This document shows, one piece after another, positions 32,292-45,986 of a DNA stretch of 64,000 nucleotides. Position 1 is the first letter of the stretch. The number at the start of each line of letters is the position of its first letter. Source of the stretch: Eledone cirrhosa (lineage: Eukaryota); assembly GCA_964016885.1 (NCBI GenBank), contig OZ024743.1, positions 277,698,001-277,762,000 on the forward strand, written 5' to 3'. A program made the position numbers and the translations under genes. Below the pieces are notes generated by a model. The model was not told where the DNA came from, made no database searches, and worked only from the letters and a program-made list of their open reading frames with translations.

Positions 32292-35200
32292 GAATGCTAT
32301 GGTTGACGGAGGCTCGGCTCTGTAAGGTATTGTAAATTTGGACCGCTATAACAATTGTAAATTGTTGAAAACTTTAACCAACTTGTAGACAAAAACACCC
32401 TCCTCCTCGTGAGAGGGATCTTTCTGCCCGTTATTTGGCCCTTCGGGGTTAAATAACTGCTTATTGGGGTTTTGTGCCCAATATTTATTTTAAACAAAAA
32501 AACAACGTCCCCCCCGGGATGGCCCCTTCTTGGCTGGCCGCGTCTGTCCTCGTCGGAATCGAGGACAAAACAACTGTACTGCAAGTACAGAAAAAAGTAA
32601 GAGAAGATTGGGTCGGCACCTCCATTGAGATGTTAATCCAAACCAACCAGGAGTGCATCGAAGCTATCCTGGATGTGATAGACTTCGATAACGGCACTCA
32701 ACTGCCCATAAGTGTTGAGGGCAAACGCCCGAAATGCTTTCGCTGTGGATCGAAGACTCACCTCAGGGCCTTCTGCAAAGAGAAGACCCTGAGAAAGGAG
32801 AAAACCCCCCTCCTTCCGAAACCGGCTCCACGGCTACCAGCAACAGGACAAGCGGCAACCAGGAACGATAGGTCCGTGGCACCCATACCCATGCCACGGA
32901 AATCAAAAACAGCAGCAGCAGTGGAAGTATTAACAACAACAGCAATACCAAATGCAGCTGCAACAGAGACTCCAGTGCAAACATCACCAACAACAACAAG
33001 TGAAAGAGTGGAGCTGGTACCCCTCCCCGACCTCACAGAATCAGACATGGAGTGTGAGGTGGGAGAGGGATGGCAAAAGGTCGTAAGAAGGCAGAAACGC
33101 AGAAGCAGCGCATCGTCGCCTTTGAAAAGGGAGGAAAGAAATGAAAAAAGGGTAAAGTCTACTGCAAAGAGACTCACAGCAGCAACACCACCACCACCAT
33201 CACCACCGGCGACAACTTTTCCTGGTTGATCATTGCTCATGTCACCGCTTCGTATTCTCTTAGTGTAGTGCCGATCGCCTCGATGTGTTTGGCGTTCGAC
33301 ACCACTACGGTGACATCGTCCGCATATGCTGACACGGATCTTCCGCATCCTAGTTCGCGCGGGACGCCCCTCAACGTCTCCAGTTTGTGCAGTAATGGCT
33401 CGAGAGTCAATACGTACAAGAGGGACGAGACGGGACATCCTTGGCGGCCCGAGCGCATGATGTTGAACGGTTCCGACAGGTGACCGTTCACTCTCACCAC
33501 AGAGCAGATGTCGCTGTGCATGTTGCCAGTTGCAGTAGACGTCCGCCAAGAGGCCTCCGAACAAGTCTGGCATCTGTACGTAAAGTTCATAGGGCAGACC
33601 ATCCAAACCAGGCGATTTACCCCTTGTGCAGCCAGTCATTGCCTCCCTTACTTCAGCGGCTGTTATCGGCTTTTCGCAACACTCCGCCTCAGTGGCCGAG
33701 AGTCGCGGCAGTCCGTCGAGGTAGACACTAAAGTCCATCCCTCGACCCGGCCCACCGCTGCCCCCGAACAGCTGAGCGAAGTGTCGCTGAAAAGCTTCAC
33801 ACATTTGCCCGGGATCGAGTAGCATGCGCCCGTCGTGGTCCACCAAAGACCGGATCGTGGCTTTGTTGCCACGACGCGCCTCCGCCACTCGGGCCCATTG
33901 AACGGCTTTCGTCCCCTCGTGTCTGAGAGCACGCACCCTAGCTCTGACAACGCAGCCTTCGTGCTTTGCATTGAAGAATTGGTCAAGGGCCAATTTCGCC
34001 GCAAGCACGTCGGTCGCAATGCCTTTGCTAAGCGCCTCGTCTAATTTTCTAACAAATTTTCTAAGTAATTTTCTCCCTCTGCTCTATTTTTCTCTATTGC
34101 TAAAGCCTTACTAAACCTAATGGATTCTATTCTAATCGCTCTTTTCAGAGCAAACCACCAATTGTTGTTGAAGATGGCCCCCGTCAACACACAGACATTT
34201 CACACCACAGCTACATAATACCAGCACCAATCAAAACGCCAACTAACATAAGACTGCTAAAAATAGCACAGAAAAAATACACAAACATTAAAACGAAATT
34301 CCCCAACGCAGTTGGTGATTTCAGAGACCTAAGAGGGACTCTGAACCGGAGAGTATATTCGGACATACTCATAGAAGAGCCGACGACCAGCCGAAGGGAC
34401 GATTCAACGGTCTCCTCACCAGACGATCAAGTGAAAAGAGATGGAAAAACCATCCTTCCTCTACAAAAAGTACGGTAAATGGTCTTTCCCATCTTTCCAC
34501 TCTATTTTAAACATGACCTCACTCAGAATAGGCAGCATAAATGCGCGTGGCTTGGGGTCGTCATGGAAGCAGGGTCACCTGCTCAACGACCTCAGGTCAC
34601 TAAACATAGATGTAGTGGCCATCAGCGAGACTAGAATCTCCGAAGCACGGGCCTTCGCACCGATCTTCGGCGGCTACGATGTGTACGCATCTCCCAGCCG
34701 TCCTGGATCGGGGGGAGGAGTTGCTGTGCTTTTTCGGAGAGGTTTGGATCTCGCCATACGGGCCATATTCCTGGACCCAGAGGGTAAGTTGGTGGTGCTG
34801 GACGTGACCAGCGGAGATGGGCAAGCTTTCAGGCTAGTGGCCGTCTGTACCCCGACAGGAGCAGGGCGGCCTGATTTCTTCCGGCGTCTGGAGACCTTTC
34901 TTGGAACGTCCCGCTCTTTAGTGTTAGTGGGCGACTGGAACGCGATCTTAGATGCACGCTGGGACTGTGTGGGATTAGCGGATAGGGGTGGAGGGCGCAA
35001 GAGCCTCACCAACCTGCTCAGGCGTTTTGAACTGTCTGACAGGTACCGATTGGATTTCCCGAATGTGCCAATGTGGAGTTGGACAAATCGCATAGGGTCA
35101 TCCAGATCATATCTAGATAGAGTATTTTGTAGGGAAATAGCTAGGTCTAGCATAGGCTGTCCACAATTCAAGATAGTCAGCTACACGGACCACAAATTCG

Positions 35201-36374
35201 TGATCTGTGTGCTTGACTTAGATAGGCTTCATAGACGAGGACCCGGCTACTGGAAGCTAAACGCGTCATTACCAGCGCGCAAGGCCTACAGAGACCGGAT
35301 TAGCGAACTAATTAAGCGGGCGTTGACGGGGGCCATCGTCAACAACAAGTGGTGGTTTGCTCTGAAAAGAGCGATTAGAATAGAATCGATTAGGTTTAGT
35401 AAGGCTTTAGCAATAGAGAACATAGAGCAGATGGGGATCTAGTTAAAAAATTAGACGAGGCGCTTAGCAAAAGCATCGCGACCGACGTGCTTGCGGCGAA
35501 ATTGGCCCTTGACCAATTCTTCAATGCAAAGCACGAAGGCTGCGTTGTCAGAGCTAGCCAATCTCTGTCAGAACTAGCCAATCTGTTCGGAAGAACTTTC
35601 GGGCCGGGAACTATGGACAACTTCCAGAAATCTCTGGCCTGGCAGTACTACCGAGGAGCCTTGCCAGTTCGGGATAAACTCTACAGGCATGGCGGTGCCG
35701 TCAGCCGGGCATGTCCGAGATGCGCGCAGGGCGATGAAACCGTCCTGCACGCACTCGTCCAGTGTCCGAAAATTGCTGACTTGTGGGTTTATGTCGAACA
35801 CCTGCTGTCGCGTGTACGACGGATCCGGCTATCATCTGAGTCCATCGTGAGGATTTCCCCGCCCTCTTCCTTTAGCCGGGAAGGGCAGGCAGTTTTTATC
35901 TGTCTGGTGGCCATGGCGAAAGAGATAGTATGGTGGACACGTTTGAAAGGGCTGAAGACGAGCACTTACCTCTTCTGTGATGCCAAGATTGACTTTTTCA
36001 AATTTCATTTGAAAAGGAAAATCAGAGTAGAGAGGGAAGTGCTCTCTTCCCAGCATTTTGTTGAAAGATGGGTGAGAGAAGCAAGAATGGCCCGAGTGAA
36101 TGGGCCTACTCTGAGTACGTATATGTAAATTAAAGGTGGAAAACTGGGAGAGGGCACTTGCCTTGGTGGTCAGGGTCACTGTGGCCTTTTACTTTCTTCA
36201 CAAATGTCCCTCCGAAGTCTCCCCCCTATTGGGGAATTTGTCATTGTTATTTTTTTGTTACATCCTCTGTTTTTGTTTTTTACACGCAGAAATGCCCATT
36301 TGTACCGTCCTGTATTGTCCGGCACTGTCCTTAATGTCTACTTTATGTAAACCCTTGTGGTTAATAAAGAAATC
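32292..36374 (+). mobile_element. Rearranged Tx1-B copy 3 (deletions plus an internal inversion)
   Basis: The 5'UTR joins mid-ORF1 at ~32504. Inverted ORF2 pieces occupy ~33217-34188, followed by a forward ORF1 end and ORF2 start (34189-35555), then a jump to the ORF2 3' end and 3'UTR. Confidence 0.88.
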
Positions 36375-36855
36375 ATTATTATTATTATTATTATTATTAA
36401 TATTATTATTATTATCATCATCATCATCATCATCACCATCTTCATACAATGTGATATATGAAACTCAGAGTGAAGAGAAACGCTGTTAAAGCTTTAAAGA
36501 AACACAACTTTCAGTTCTTCTTCACGTATTAAATGTGTTTAGCTTTTTTAAATTTTGTTTGCTCCTTTTTTTCATTCCCCTCTCTCTTTTCTTTCTCCTT
36601 CACTTACAGCTTCTCTTTATTTCTCCGTTTCTAATTTCTTTCGTCAGTATACCCATATACATACACATACACGCACGAACTCGCACCCCCCCCCACACAT
36701 ATGTAATATATAGACTCAAACACACACTATATACACATCTGAATATAAATATATATACATATATACATATCACGATAAATTAACGGAGCCATAGACTCTC
36801 GCCATTCCCTGTCATTAATGTGTTCAAAGGAGAAGGAATCCCGAGCCCTTTATAA

Positions 36856-37050
36856 TACAATATGTAGAGAAGATAACATACCAGATAGAGAGAAAGTCCG
36901 CCATCAGTCAAACAGAGAAAAACCACCAGTGTATGGAATCTACTTTGCCTTCCATGGGCTATAGATTCCATACACTGGTGGTTTTTCCCTGTTTGACTGA
37001 TGGCCCACTATCTCTCTCTCTCTGGTGTGTTATCTTCTCTACATATTGTA
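36856..37050. repeat. Inverted repeat (~88-bp arms, 19-nt spacer) abutting (TA)n
   Basis: TACAATATGTAGAGAAGATAAC...GTGTATGGAATCTA / TAGATTCCATACAC...GTTATCTTCTCTACATATTGTA. Confidence 0.88.
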
Positions 37051-37059
37051 CATATATAC

Positions 37060-37126
<67 letters not shown>

Positions 37127-37147
37127 TGTATATATACGTATATATAC

Positions 37148-37183
<36 letters not shown>

Positions 37184-37189
<6 letters not shown>

Positions 37190-37859
37190 CAAATACTACC
37201 AGGATTGAACGCCTGTCTCCATCTCCGTTTGATTGTCAAAATACATATTAACATTCTCTATTAGTCTTAATTCTATCAACTCTTCTATTATTTACCATTT
37301 AATATAAACTGCTATAGATAAAATGAGATTTCTTAATTCAATTCCCTAATGCATATACCAGCTGGCTACTAGCATTGATGTTATTCAGTAGCAGTCGAAA
37401 TCTCCCCCTTCCTTAATTGACACTTTATAATTAATTCTACTACACCAAATGACCAGCCCTGTCCATTGTTCAATTGGTCAAGTATAGATTAAAATAGGCA
37501 CTCCCAAAAATTCTTATTTAAATAAAATAAACCATTTACTCATTGTATTCTCATTAGAAACCCTTTATATACTTGTTTAGCAGTAAATTGAATTACCATC
37601 TGTCATATACTATCCCCTCTCTTCTTCCTCTATTACAACTAATATAAATACTTCAATTTTTCTTATTTTTTCCAATTTATCTAAAATCTCTGAAGAAGTG
37701 ACAACTGATTATACATTTGCTATCGAATACTTGCTAACATTATATGATTACGCAAGCAGCGATACATAGGTATTCCGTCTGTTACAGAAACATATGTCAA
37801 TACCTAATAAATTCCTTTTTTTTTAAAAAAGCACTTTCATTTTATATTCATCTTTTCTA
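37184..37859 (+). repeat. 5' pseudo-LTR of PLE-1
   Basis: Near-identical to 40254-40928. Confidence 0.92.
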
Positions 37860-38015
37860 CATTTTCTCCGGAATATAATTTATACTCGTTGAGCAAACCT
37901 ACACATACGCTGTTCATCTCTAACGTAACGATATATTATCACTACATTATTGATAACCTGAAATTTTAATAATCTCCTATACAGTTGAGCAACTAATTCA
38001 GCATACGCCTCTAAA

Positions 38016-40278
38016 ATGGAAAGGCACCAATTGGATATGTCGTTAAAAAACATACCTATTCAGGCAAAAAAGGAATATATTCTAGGTATGATACGAAGGA
38101 CCAATGATTTTTTTCGACGAATCAGATGGAAAACATTCCATTTTGATAAAAGCCGTATAAACCAAACATCGGATCTTAACAAGGATAAATTTGGATTTAA
38201 ATCGTACAAAAACCCACCCTCAAACCCACTTTTGGATGCATTTGAACAAGACCTAATGGATATGATCATGGAGATCAAATTTACAAAACGGAAGAACAAT
38301 AAACTACAGAATGACATCACGGCACTGCTCAATAATCTAAAAAACGCCAATGGAATTATTGTTAGAGTAGACAAAACATCAAACGTATATACCATGGATC
38401 TGGACACTTACAATAACTTCATCCGTAAGGAATTGCATAAAAAATACAAGAAAACTAATGAAGCTACACTTAAAAACATCAACAACTCGGCATGTGAAAT
38501 TGTTAAAAAACTTTGTATTGACGATAGAACGCAACCCTTAACACCAACTACACCATCCATCAACCTGAAGGACCACAAAGTAAACTTCGATACTGACCTT
38601 AAAATTAGACTTATATGCCCCTCTAAATCTGATATAGGCAAAATTAGCAAATATATACTAGACAGAATTATCCCCCAAGTTAAGGCTAAAGTAGAAATTA
38701 AACACTCATGAAGCAATAAGATGGTTTAATAACATTACTGATAAGAAAAAAATCAAAATTTATTCAGTTTGATATTGATGAATATTATTCCTCAATTTCA
38801 CCTGATACTCTACATGAAGCTCTTTCGTTCGCTAAGGCTAATTCCGACCTTACGGATGCTGAAATTAAAATTATTATGGAAGCGAGGAAAACTATTGTTA
38901 AATTTGATGATAGCTACTGGGTTCGCAAAGATAGACCTTCTAATTTTGATATTACTATGGGTTCCAATGATTCGGCGGAAGTAACAGATCTTGTGGGAAT
39001 TTATATCACCCACAGACTACAAGGAAAATTCAAGGATCTCCACGGTGGAATCTACCGTGACGATGCGCTCCTATTAGTTAAGCATATGAATAACCAGAAT
39101 TTAGAAAGGATGCTTAAAAATATCAGAAAGCTTTTTAAGGAACTAGGATTAAATATTACATTTGAATATAACCTCAAAGAGGTCAATTTCCTTGATGTTA
39201 CTTTGAATCTCAATACAGAAACGATTAAACCGTTCCATAAACTAAATGAGAACCTTAAATATGTAAATACGAGTTCTAACCATCCACTCTCTATAATTAA
39301 ATCCATCCCTAGAAATGTTTCTCTTAGAATCTCCCGCCTGTCGTCCAACCAACAAACCTTCAAAGAACATGCCGAATATTATGATGATGCACTTAGGAAG
39401 GCCGGACACCTAGATAATATAGAGTATATAGTCGAAGATCACCAAAACGCCCAAAATAAATCCCATAGGGGTAGAAATAGCACAGAATCACCACCATACA
39501 TAGACTACCGCAATAGACACAATAATAGTCGCACACCACCAAACAGAAGGCGATGTAAACTCTATTAAAACCAATCTACCCTCACAATTCTTTCGATTAG
39601 TTAAAAAACACTTTCCAGCATCACATAAATATAATAAAATCTTAAACCCTTACACTATTCGACTTTCATATTCAACCGCCCCTAATATTGAACAACATAT
39701 AAAAAAGCTTAACGCAAAACGGTTGTATAAACGCCTTTCAACACATAACAATACACATAACAATACACGAACAACAAACAACATCCCGTCCTACCTAAGC
39801 AGCCTCATCAACCCATCCATGCCAATACAACAACGCAAAATTATAACTGTAACTGTGTCCAACCAGGAATGTGTCCGTTGAACAATCAGTGTCTTGAACG
39901 CAACATAACATACAAATGTACTATCGAATCGGATAGACAGAAGTGGTACTATGTGGGATCTACAGCCACCTCCTTCAAATTACCCCTTTATAGACATCGT
40001 TACTCAATAAAACATGAACACCAGCGTTATGTAACAACACTCGCAGACAAGGCTTGGCAGCTGCGTGAAAATAACCAACAATTTAACCTAAAATGGGATA
40101 TAATAGCATCTTCCCCTCCATTACCCACGGACAGTAATTTTGTAAATTATGTAATATGGAATTATTTTGTATTATGAAATCCAAATACATTGTATTAAAT
40201 AACAGAATAGAGCTATCGTTATACTTTAACCATCGCTTAAAATCTACATTTTCATATTACAAATACTACCAGGATTGA
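38016..40278 (+). pseudogene. PLE-1 RT + GIY-YIG ORF, frameshifted
   Basis: SLKNIP, DKTSNVY, LKDHK.NF...RLICPSKSDIGKISK, FIQFDI, TMGSNDSAEVTDLVG, YRDD, VNFLDVTL, YVNTSSNHP, CNC.....CPLNNQCL and YYVGST; frameshifts near 38700, 38750 and later. Confidence 0.85.
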
Positions 40279-40928
40279 ACGCCTGTCTCCATCTCCGTTT
40301 GATTGTCAAAATACATATTAACATTCTCTATTAGTCTTAATTCTATCAACTCTTCTATTATTTACCATTTAATATAAACTGCTATAGATAAAATGAGATT
40401 TCTTAATTCAATTCCCTAATGCATATACCAGCTGGCTACGAGCATTGATGTTATTCAGTAGCAGTCGAAATCTCCCCCTTCCTTAATTGACACTTTATAA
40501 TTAATACTACTACACCAAATGACCAGCCCTGTCCATTGTTCAATTGGTCAAGTATAGATTAAAATAAGCACTCCCAAAAATTCTTATTTAGATAAAATAA
40601 ACATTTATTCATTGTATTCTCATTAGAAACCCTTTATATACTTGTTTAGCAGTAAATTGAATTACCATCTGTCATATACTATCCCCTCTCTTCTTCCTCT
40701 ATTACAACTAATATAAATACTTCAATTTTTCTTATTTTTTCCAGTTTATCCAAAGTCTCTGAAGAAGTGACAACTGATTATACATTTGCTATCGAATACT
40801 TGCTAACATTATATGATTACGCAAGCAGCGATACATAGGTATTCCGTCTGTTACAGAAGCATATGTCAATACCTAATAAATTCCTTTTTATTAAAAAAAG
40901 CACTTTCATTTTATATTCATCTTTTCTA
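40254..40928 (+). repeat. 3' pseudo-LTR of PLE-1
   Basis: Near-identical to 37184-37859. Confidence 0.92.
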
Positions 40929-41588
<660 letters not shown>

Positions 41589-42202
41589 AGCTTGTGCCTC
41601 TTCCTATCTACGGTTAGCTTTCCTCTTTGTTGTTTACTTGTCTCACTCGCTTTACGCGTTTTAATTGTCCTAATAACTTAATTTAGTTATTATTGCACCA
41701 ACGTGAGGGATATGATTTTTAATGCAATGAAATATCTATGATCGTTGGCAAATCACTGATGAGGGACTCATTTTATAACATGTTATCCATGTGCAACCTG
41801 CAGTATTCTTCTTCCCATTTTTTCATATATATATATGTATATACATACACATATACATACAGAGTTTGTAATAGAGAGAGGGGGAGAGGGAAAGATTGAG
41901 AGAGTTTTAACCTTGAAACAACAACCGTGAAAAAGCCGATACATTTGTACCTATAACTAATTAGTATTGAATTGTCTCACTTAACTCCCTTTGTAAAACT
42001 CATTAAAACAATTGACATTGTGGCTGCGTTTCTTTTATTGATTCTCTTTCAATTCTTCTCCGTTTGATTTGTTTAGTTTCTCTTGTTTGTTTTAAACTCT
42101 ACCTCTTGCTCCGACGTTATATTTTATCCTTTGAGTTTGTAAAGCCCCCCCCCCCCCCAAAAAAGGGAAATAGATTTATAGGCAAATATAAAACATACAC
42201 GA

Positions 42203-42238
<36 letters not shown>

Positions 42239-42532
42239 ATACTCACACGCAGATACACATACATCTATACATACATGCAAACATATATACTAGCGTACAT
42301 GCACGTATATATACATACACACTCAAACACATTCATTCTTACATATCTACATGCATATGTATATTCCTCCATACATGCGCGGATACATATATGCACACAC
42401 ATACTCATATAGATATATATACACCGAAAGAAAATTAACAAAACATTAACGTAAACGCCTGATTGAACCATGTAGAGATGCATATCAGCTCTTTCGTTCA
42501 CAGATTTATATATAAATGTATGTATATATATG

Positions 42533-42643
<111 letters not shown>

Positions 42644-42791
42644 ATACTTTGGGAGGGTCATGTTGCCAATACGAAACACACGCACCAGTTGCTTTCACTT
42701 CAATTTATTATAATAAATTTATAATAAATTTATAAATTTATAAATTTCTGGTTGGTTGGTTGGTTCCACAACCAGATAGTTGTTTATATAT

Positions 42792-42836
42792 AGTCATAGT
42801 TCTTTCGTCACACACTCTGTGACCTCTTCAGTGACT
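42792..42836 (-). ncRNA. Minimal type I hammerhead ribozyme in the PLE-2 3' region
   Basis: AGTCA-CTGAAGA-G-GTCACA-GAGTG-TGTGAC-GAAA-GAA-CTA-TGACT: 5-bp helix I, 6-bp helix II, 2-bp helix III and a CUA cleavage triplet. Confidence 0.8.
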
Positions 42837-43036
42837 GGGGATTCCTTTCTTTGTTTCTGTGCCTCTTCTTTGTTCTGTCCTACGCCATTTTGTTTCTGTG
42901 TGTGTGTTGTGTGCTCAGTCTGCGCATGCGCCACATCCGGGTGTCTGTGTGTGTTTATGTTCATTTATTTATTTGTTTATTTACATGTTACTGGTTGGTT
43001 GTTTGTTCTATGTGTGTGTGTGTTTTCATTTTGTCC

Positions 43037-44499
43037 TTAATTGTAAGTTGTGATGTTGCTGTTCCACTCATATTTTCTATTTAATTTTGGTTGTAATTCT
43101 TTTATGTTTATTGCCTCTGTAATTTGTCTAAACATTGCGTCTTTTCTGTGTGTAGATTCTATTTTTATTTCTATGTTCTCTAATTTACCCTTGTGTTCTG
43201 TTTTAGCATGTTGGTAGAGTACAGATGATTCTTTATTATCTTGAAGGTCTCGCCAGTGTTCATTTATCCGTTCCCCTACACTACGAGCTGTCTCACCTAT
43301 GTACACTATATTTTTGTCTCGACATTGTCCTTCAGTACATCTTACGCTATACACTACATTTCTAGTTTTACAGTTATATGGGGGCTTATTTTACAGGTTA
43401 TACATTTCTTATCTATACATGAGGGTCTTTGAAAAGGTAATGTCTTGCTAAAAAGTGTTTTTACGGAGGTACCTGGTCTTTCTACTATCTTAATATTGAG
43501 TTTATGTTTATTTAGGGCCCTTCTAAATTTGTAAGCTAATTCACCTCTAGGGGTTGTATCGATGAACATTACACTCTGGTATTTATTGCTATCATACCAT
43601 GAGTTTATTCTATTAGCCTTGTTCCTAGTTCTTTCTATTCTATTCCAAAATTTGCTCCTATACAAGGGGCAGGACCCATTTATGTCATTATTTACCATTT
43701 TTTCCCATTTGGTTCTGGCTCCTCTATACACTCTGATTTTATCTCTCTGATTGTAGCCAGAGAACTGCATACGGTGGATGAAGTGTTGTATGTGTCTCTC
43801 TAGTTCTTCGGGGTTGCACATGCGGGACACATTTCTCATCACCCGTACCAAATCCGCAATCAGTATGTTGATTTTGGTATGGTCCTAAATGGCCGAGTTT
43901 CGGTGGATCAGATGTTTGGAAGTCATGGGTTTGGCATAATGGGAATGGAGGATTTTTTTTTTGTTGTTAATGGTATCTAACCAGAGCTCTGTGTCTAGTA
44001 CAGGTAATCGATGGTTGGGGTGTTTACTTGGGTAGTCTATAGTAACTCTAATGCTCTGGTGGATGGAGTTTGCTATTTGCTGGATGCTTTCCATTGTGTT
44101 TTTCTCTAGTTCCTGACTGTTCTCTAGTAGGGGTGTCTTAACTACGATGTTTATATCATCTACGTAGCGGGAGTACATTATCAGGGTTAAGGGGTCTTCT
44201 AATTGTTCTTTAAGTTTAAGTTTAAGTCTACTGTCCCACCATACCATGAATAAGTTAGCTATGTCGCCTGCAATGCTAACACCAATGGCTGCTCCTTCCT
44301 CTTGGGCATATGTTTTTCCATTAAATTTGGACATATGTTCCTTAAGGGTTAGTTTTATGCTGGCCCCTACCGCATGTGCAATCATTTTCTTCAGTTCATC
44401 GTGGTTTTCGGGTGTCCGTATGGCTCTGGTCCACCCGTTCCATCTATCTGTGTGGGTTTTCTTGGCCATTGAGGTAATGGTAGGTGGTCTGCCTCTTGC
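43037..44499 (-). pseudogene. PLE-2 RT/thumb/GIY-YIG coding region (stop at 43885, frameshift near 43354)
   Basis: Track ORFs 43885-44760, 43354-43851 and 43037-43354 join into one RT-GIY-YIG frame. Confidence 0.85.
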
Positions 44500-45187
44500 T
44501 GGACCGGCAAGAGGCAGACCACCTACCATTACCTCAATGGCCAAGAAAACCCACACAGATAGATGGAACGGGTGGACCAGAGCCATACGGACACCCGAAA
44601 ACCACGATGAACTGAAGAAAATGATTGCACATGCGGTAGGGGCCAGCATAAAACTAACCCTTAAGGAACATATGTCCAAATTTAATGGAAAAACATATGC
44701 CCAAGAGGAAGGAGCAGCCATTGGTGTTAGCATTGCAGGCGACATAGCTAACTTATTCATGGTATGGTGGGACAGTAGACTTAAACTTAAACTTAAAGAA
44801 CAATTAGAAGACCCCTTAACCCTGATAATGTACTCCCGCTACGTAGATGATATAAACATCGTAGTTAAGACACCCCTACTAGAGAACAGTCAGGAACTAG
44901 AGAAAAACACAATGGAAAGCATCCAGCAAATAGCAAACTCCATCCACCAGAGCATTAGAGTTACTATAGACTACCCAAGTAAACACCCCAACCATCGATT
45001 ACCTGTACTAGACACAGAGCTCTGGTTAGATACCATTAACAACAAAAAACAAATCCTCCATTCCCATTATGCCAAACCCATGACTTCCAAACATCTGATC
45101 CACCGAAACTCGGCCATTTTGGACCATACCAAAATCAACATACTGATTGCGGATTTGGTACGGGTGATGAGAAATGTGTCCCGCATG
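43819..45187. repeat. Giant palindrome: 681-bp arms, 7-nt spacer (44500-44506)
   Basis: Arms 43819-44499 and 44507-45187 are collinear reverse complements; two substitutions were noticed by eye. Confidence 0.95.
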
Positions 45188-45217
45188 AGCTCTGCCGTCG
45201 GGGTCTTGAACATTTCC

Positions 45218-45372
<155 letters not shown>

Positions 45373-45918
45373 GAGAAGAAAGAAGTATACTGCGTGGTTG
45401 CACATGGGTTTCATATGATAAAAATAGTCCTTCGTCAGTGATTTTCCAACCATCATTGGTATTTCATCGCATTAAAAATCATATACCTCAGGTTGGTGCG
45501 AGCAATAACTAAAGAAAGTTATTGGGACCAGTAAAGCGCGTAAAGCGAGGGGGACAAGTAAACAACATAGAAGGATGAAAGCAAACCAAAGATAGGAAAA
45601 AACCAAGCAACATGGTTGTCCGGTCAGCATAATCTGGGTGGATTTCATGACCGAAGGTACAGACCGTCCGACGTAAGTGAGATGTAAGCAAGAAGAGACC
45701 CACTGTAAGCCAAAGGGGAGGAAGTGAGAAGGAGAGAAACAGAGAGAACGGGGAAATATACATATATATATATATAAATATATTTATATATGTATAGAAG
45801 TGGTTACACAACAGTTAGTTCACCATACCGAGAACAATTGTTGTGTAACCACTTCTACCTAACTCGTCTCATGGACTGAGTGCTCTACCACTACGGATAT
45901 TACCTTCCAGTGTTCTAC

Positions 45919-45980
<62 letters not shown>

Positions 45981-45986
<6 letters not shown>

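Larger units (their letters stand above)
37184..40928 (+). mobile_element. Penelope-like element (Naiad-like) with direct pseudo-LTRs, inserted in (TA)n
   Basis: ~675-bp direct repeats at 37184-37859 and 40254-40928 enclose RT and GIY-YIG coding sequence; the reading frame ends inside the 3' repeat (YYKYYQD*). Confidence 0.88.

Noticed and set aside
32758-34008. 416-aa minus-strand ORF as a novel gene
   Set aside because: It is a chimera of inverted ORF2 pieces and antisense ORF1 within the rearranged copy.
6901-36374. Telomeric retrotransposon array
   Set aside because: No TTAGGG/TTAGG repeats are present, and ordinary sequence continues on both sides.
38709-38711. In-frame TGA in the Naiad-like ORF as possible selenocysteine
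   Set aside because: Homology continues in another frame (HEAIRWF, then FIQFDI), so this is a frameshift, not UGA recoding.
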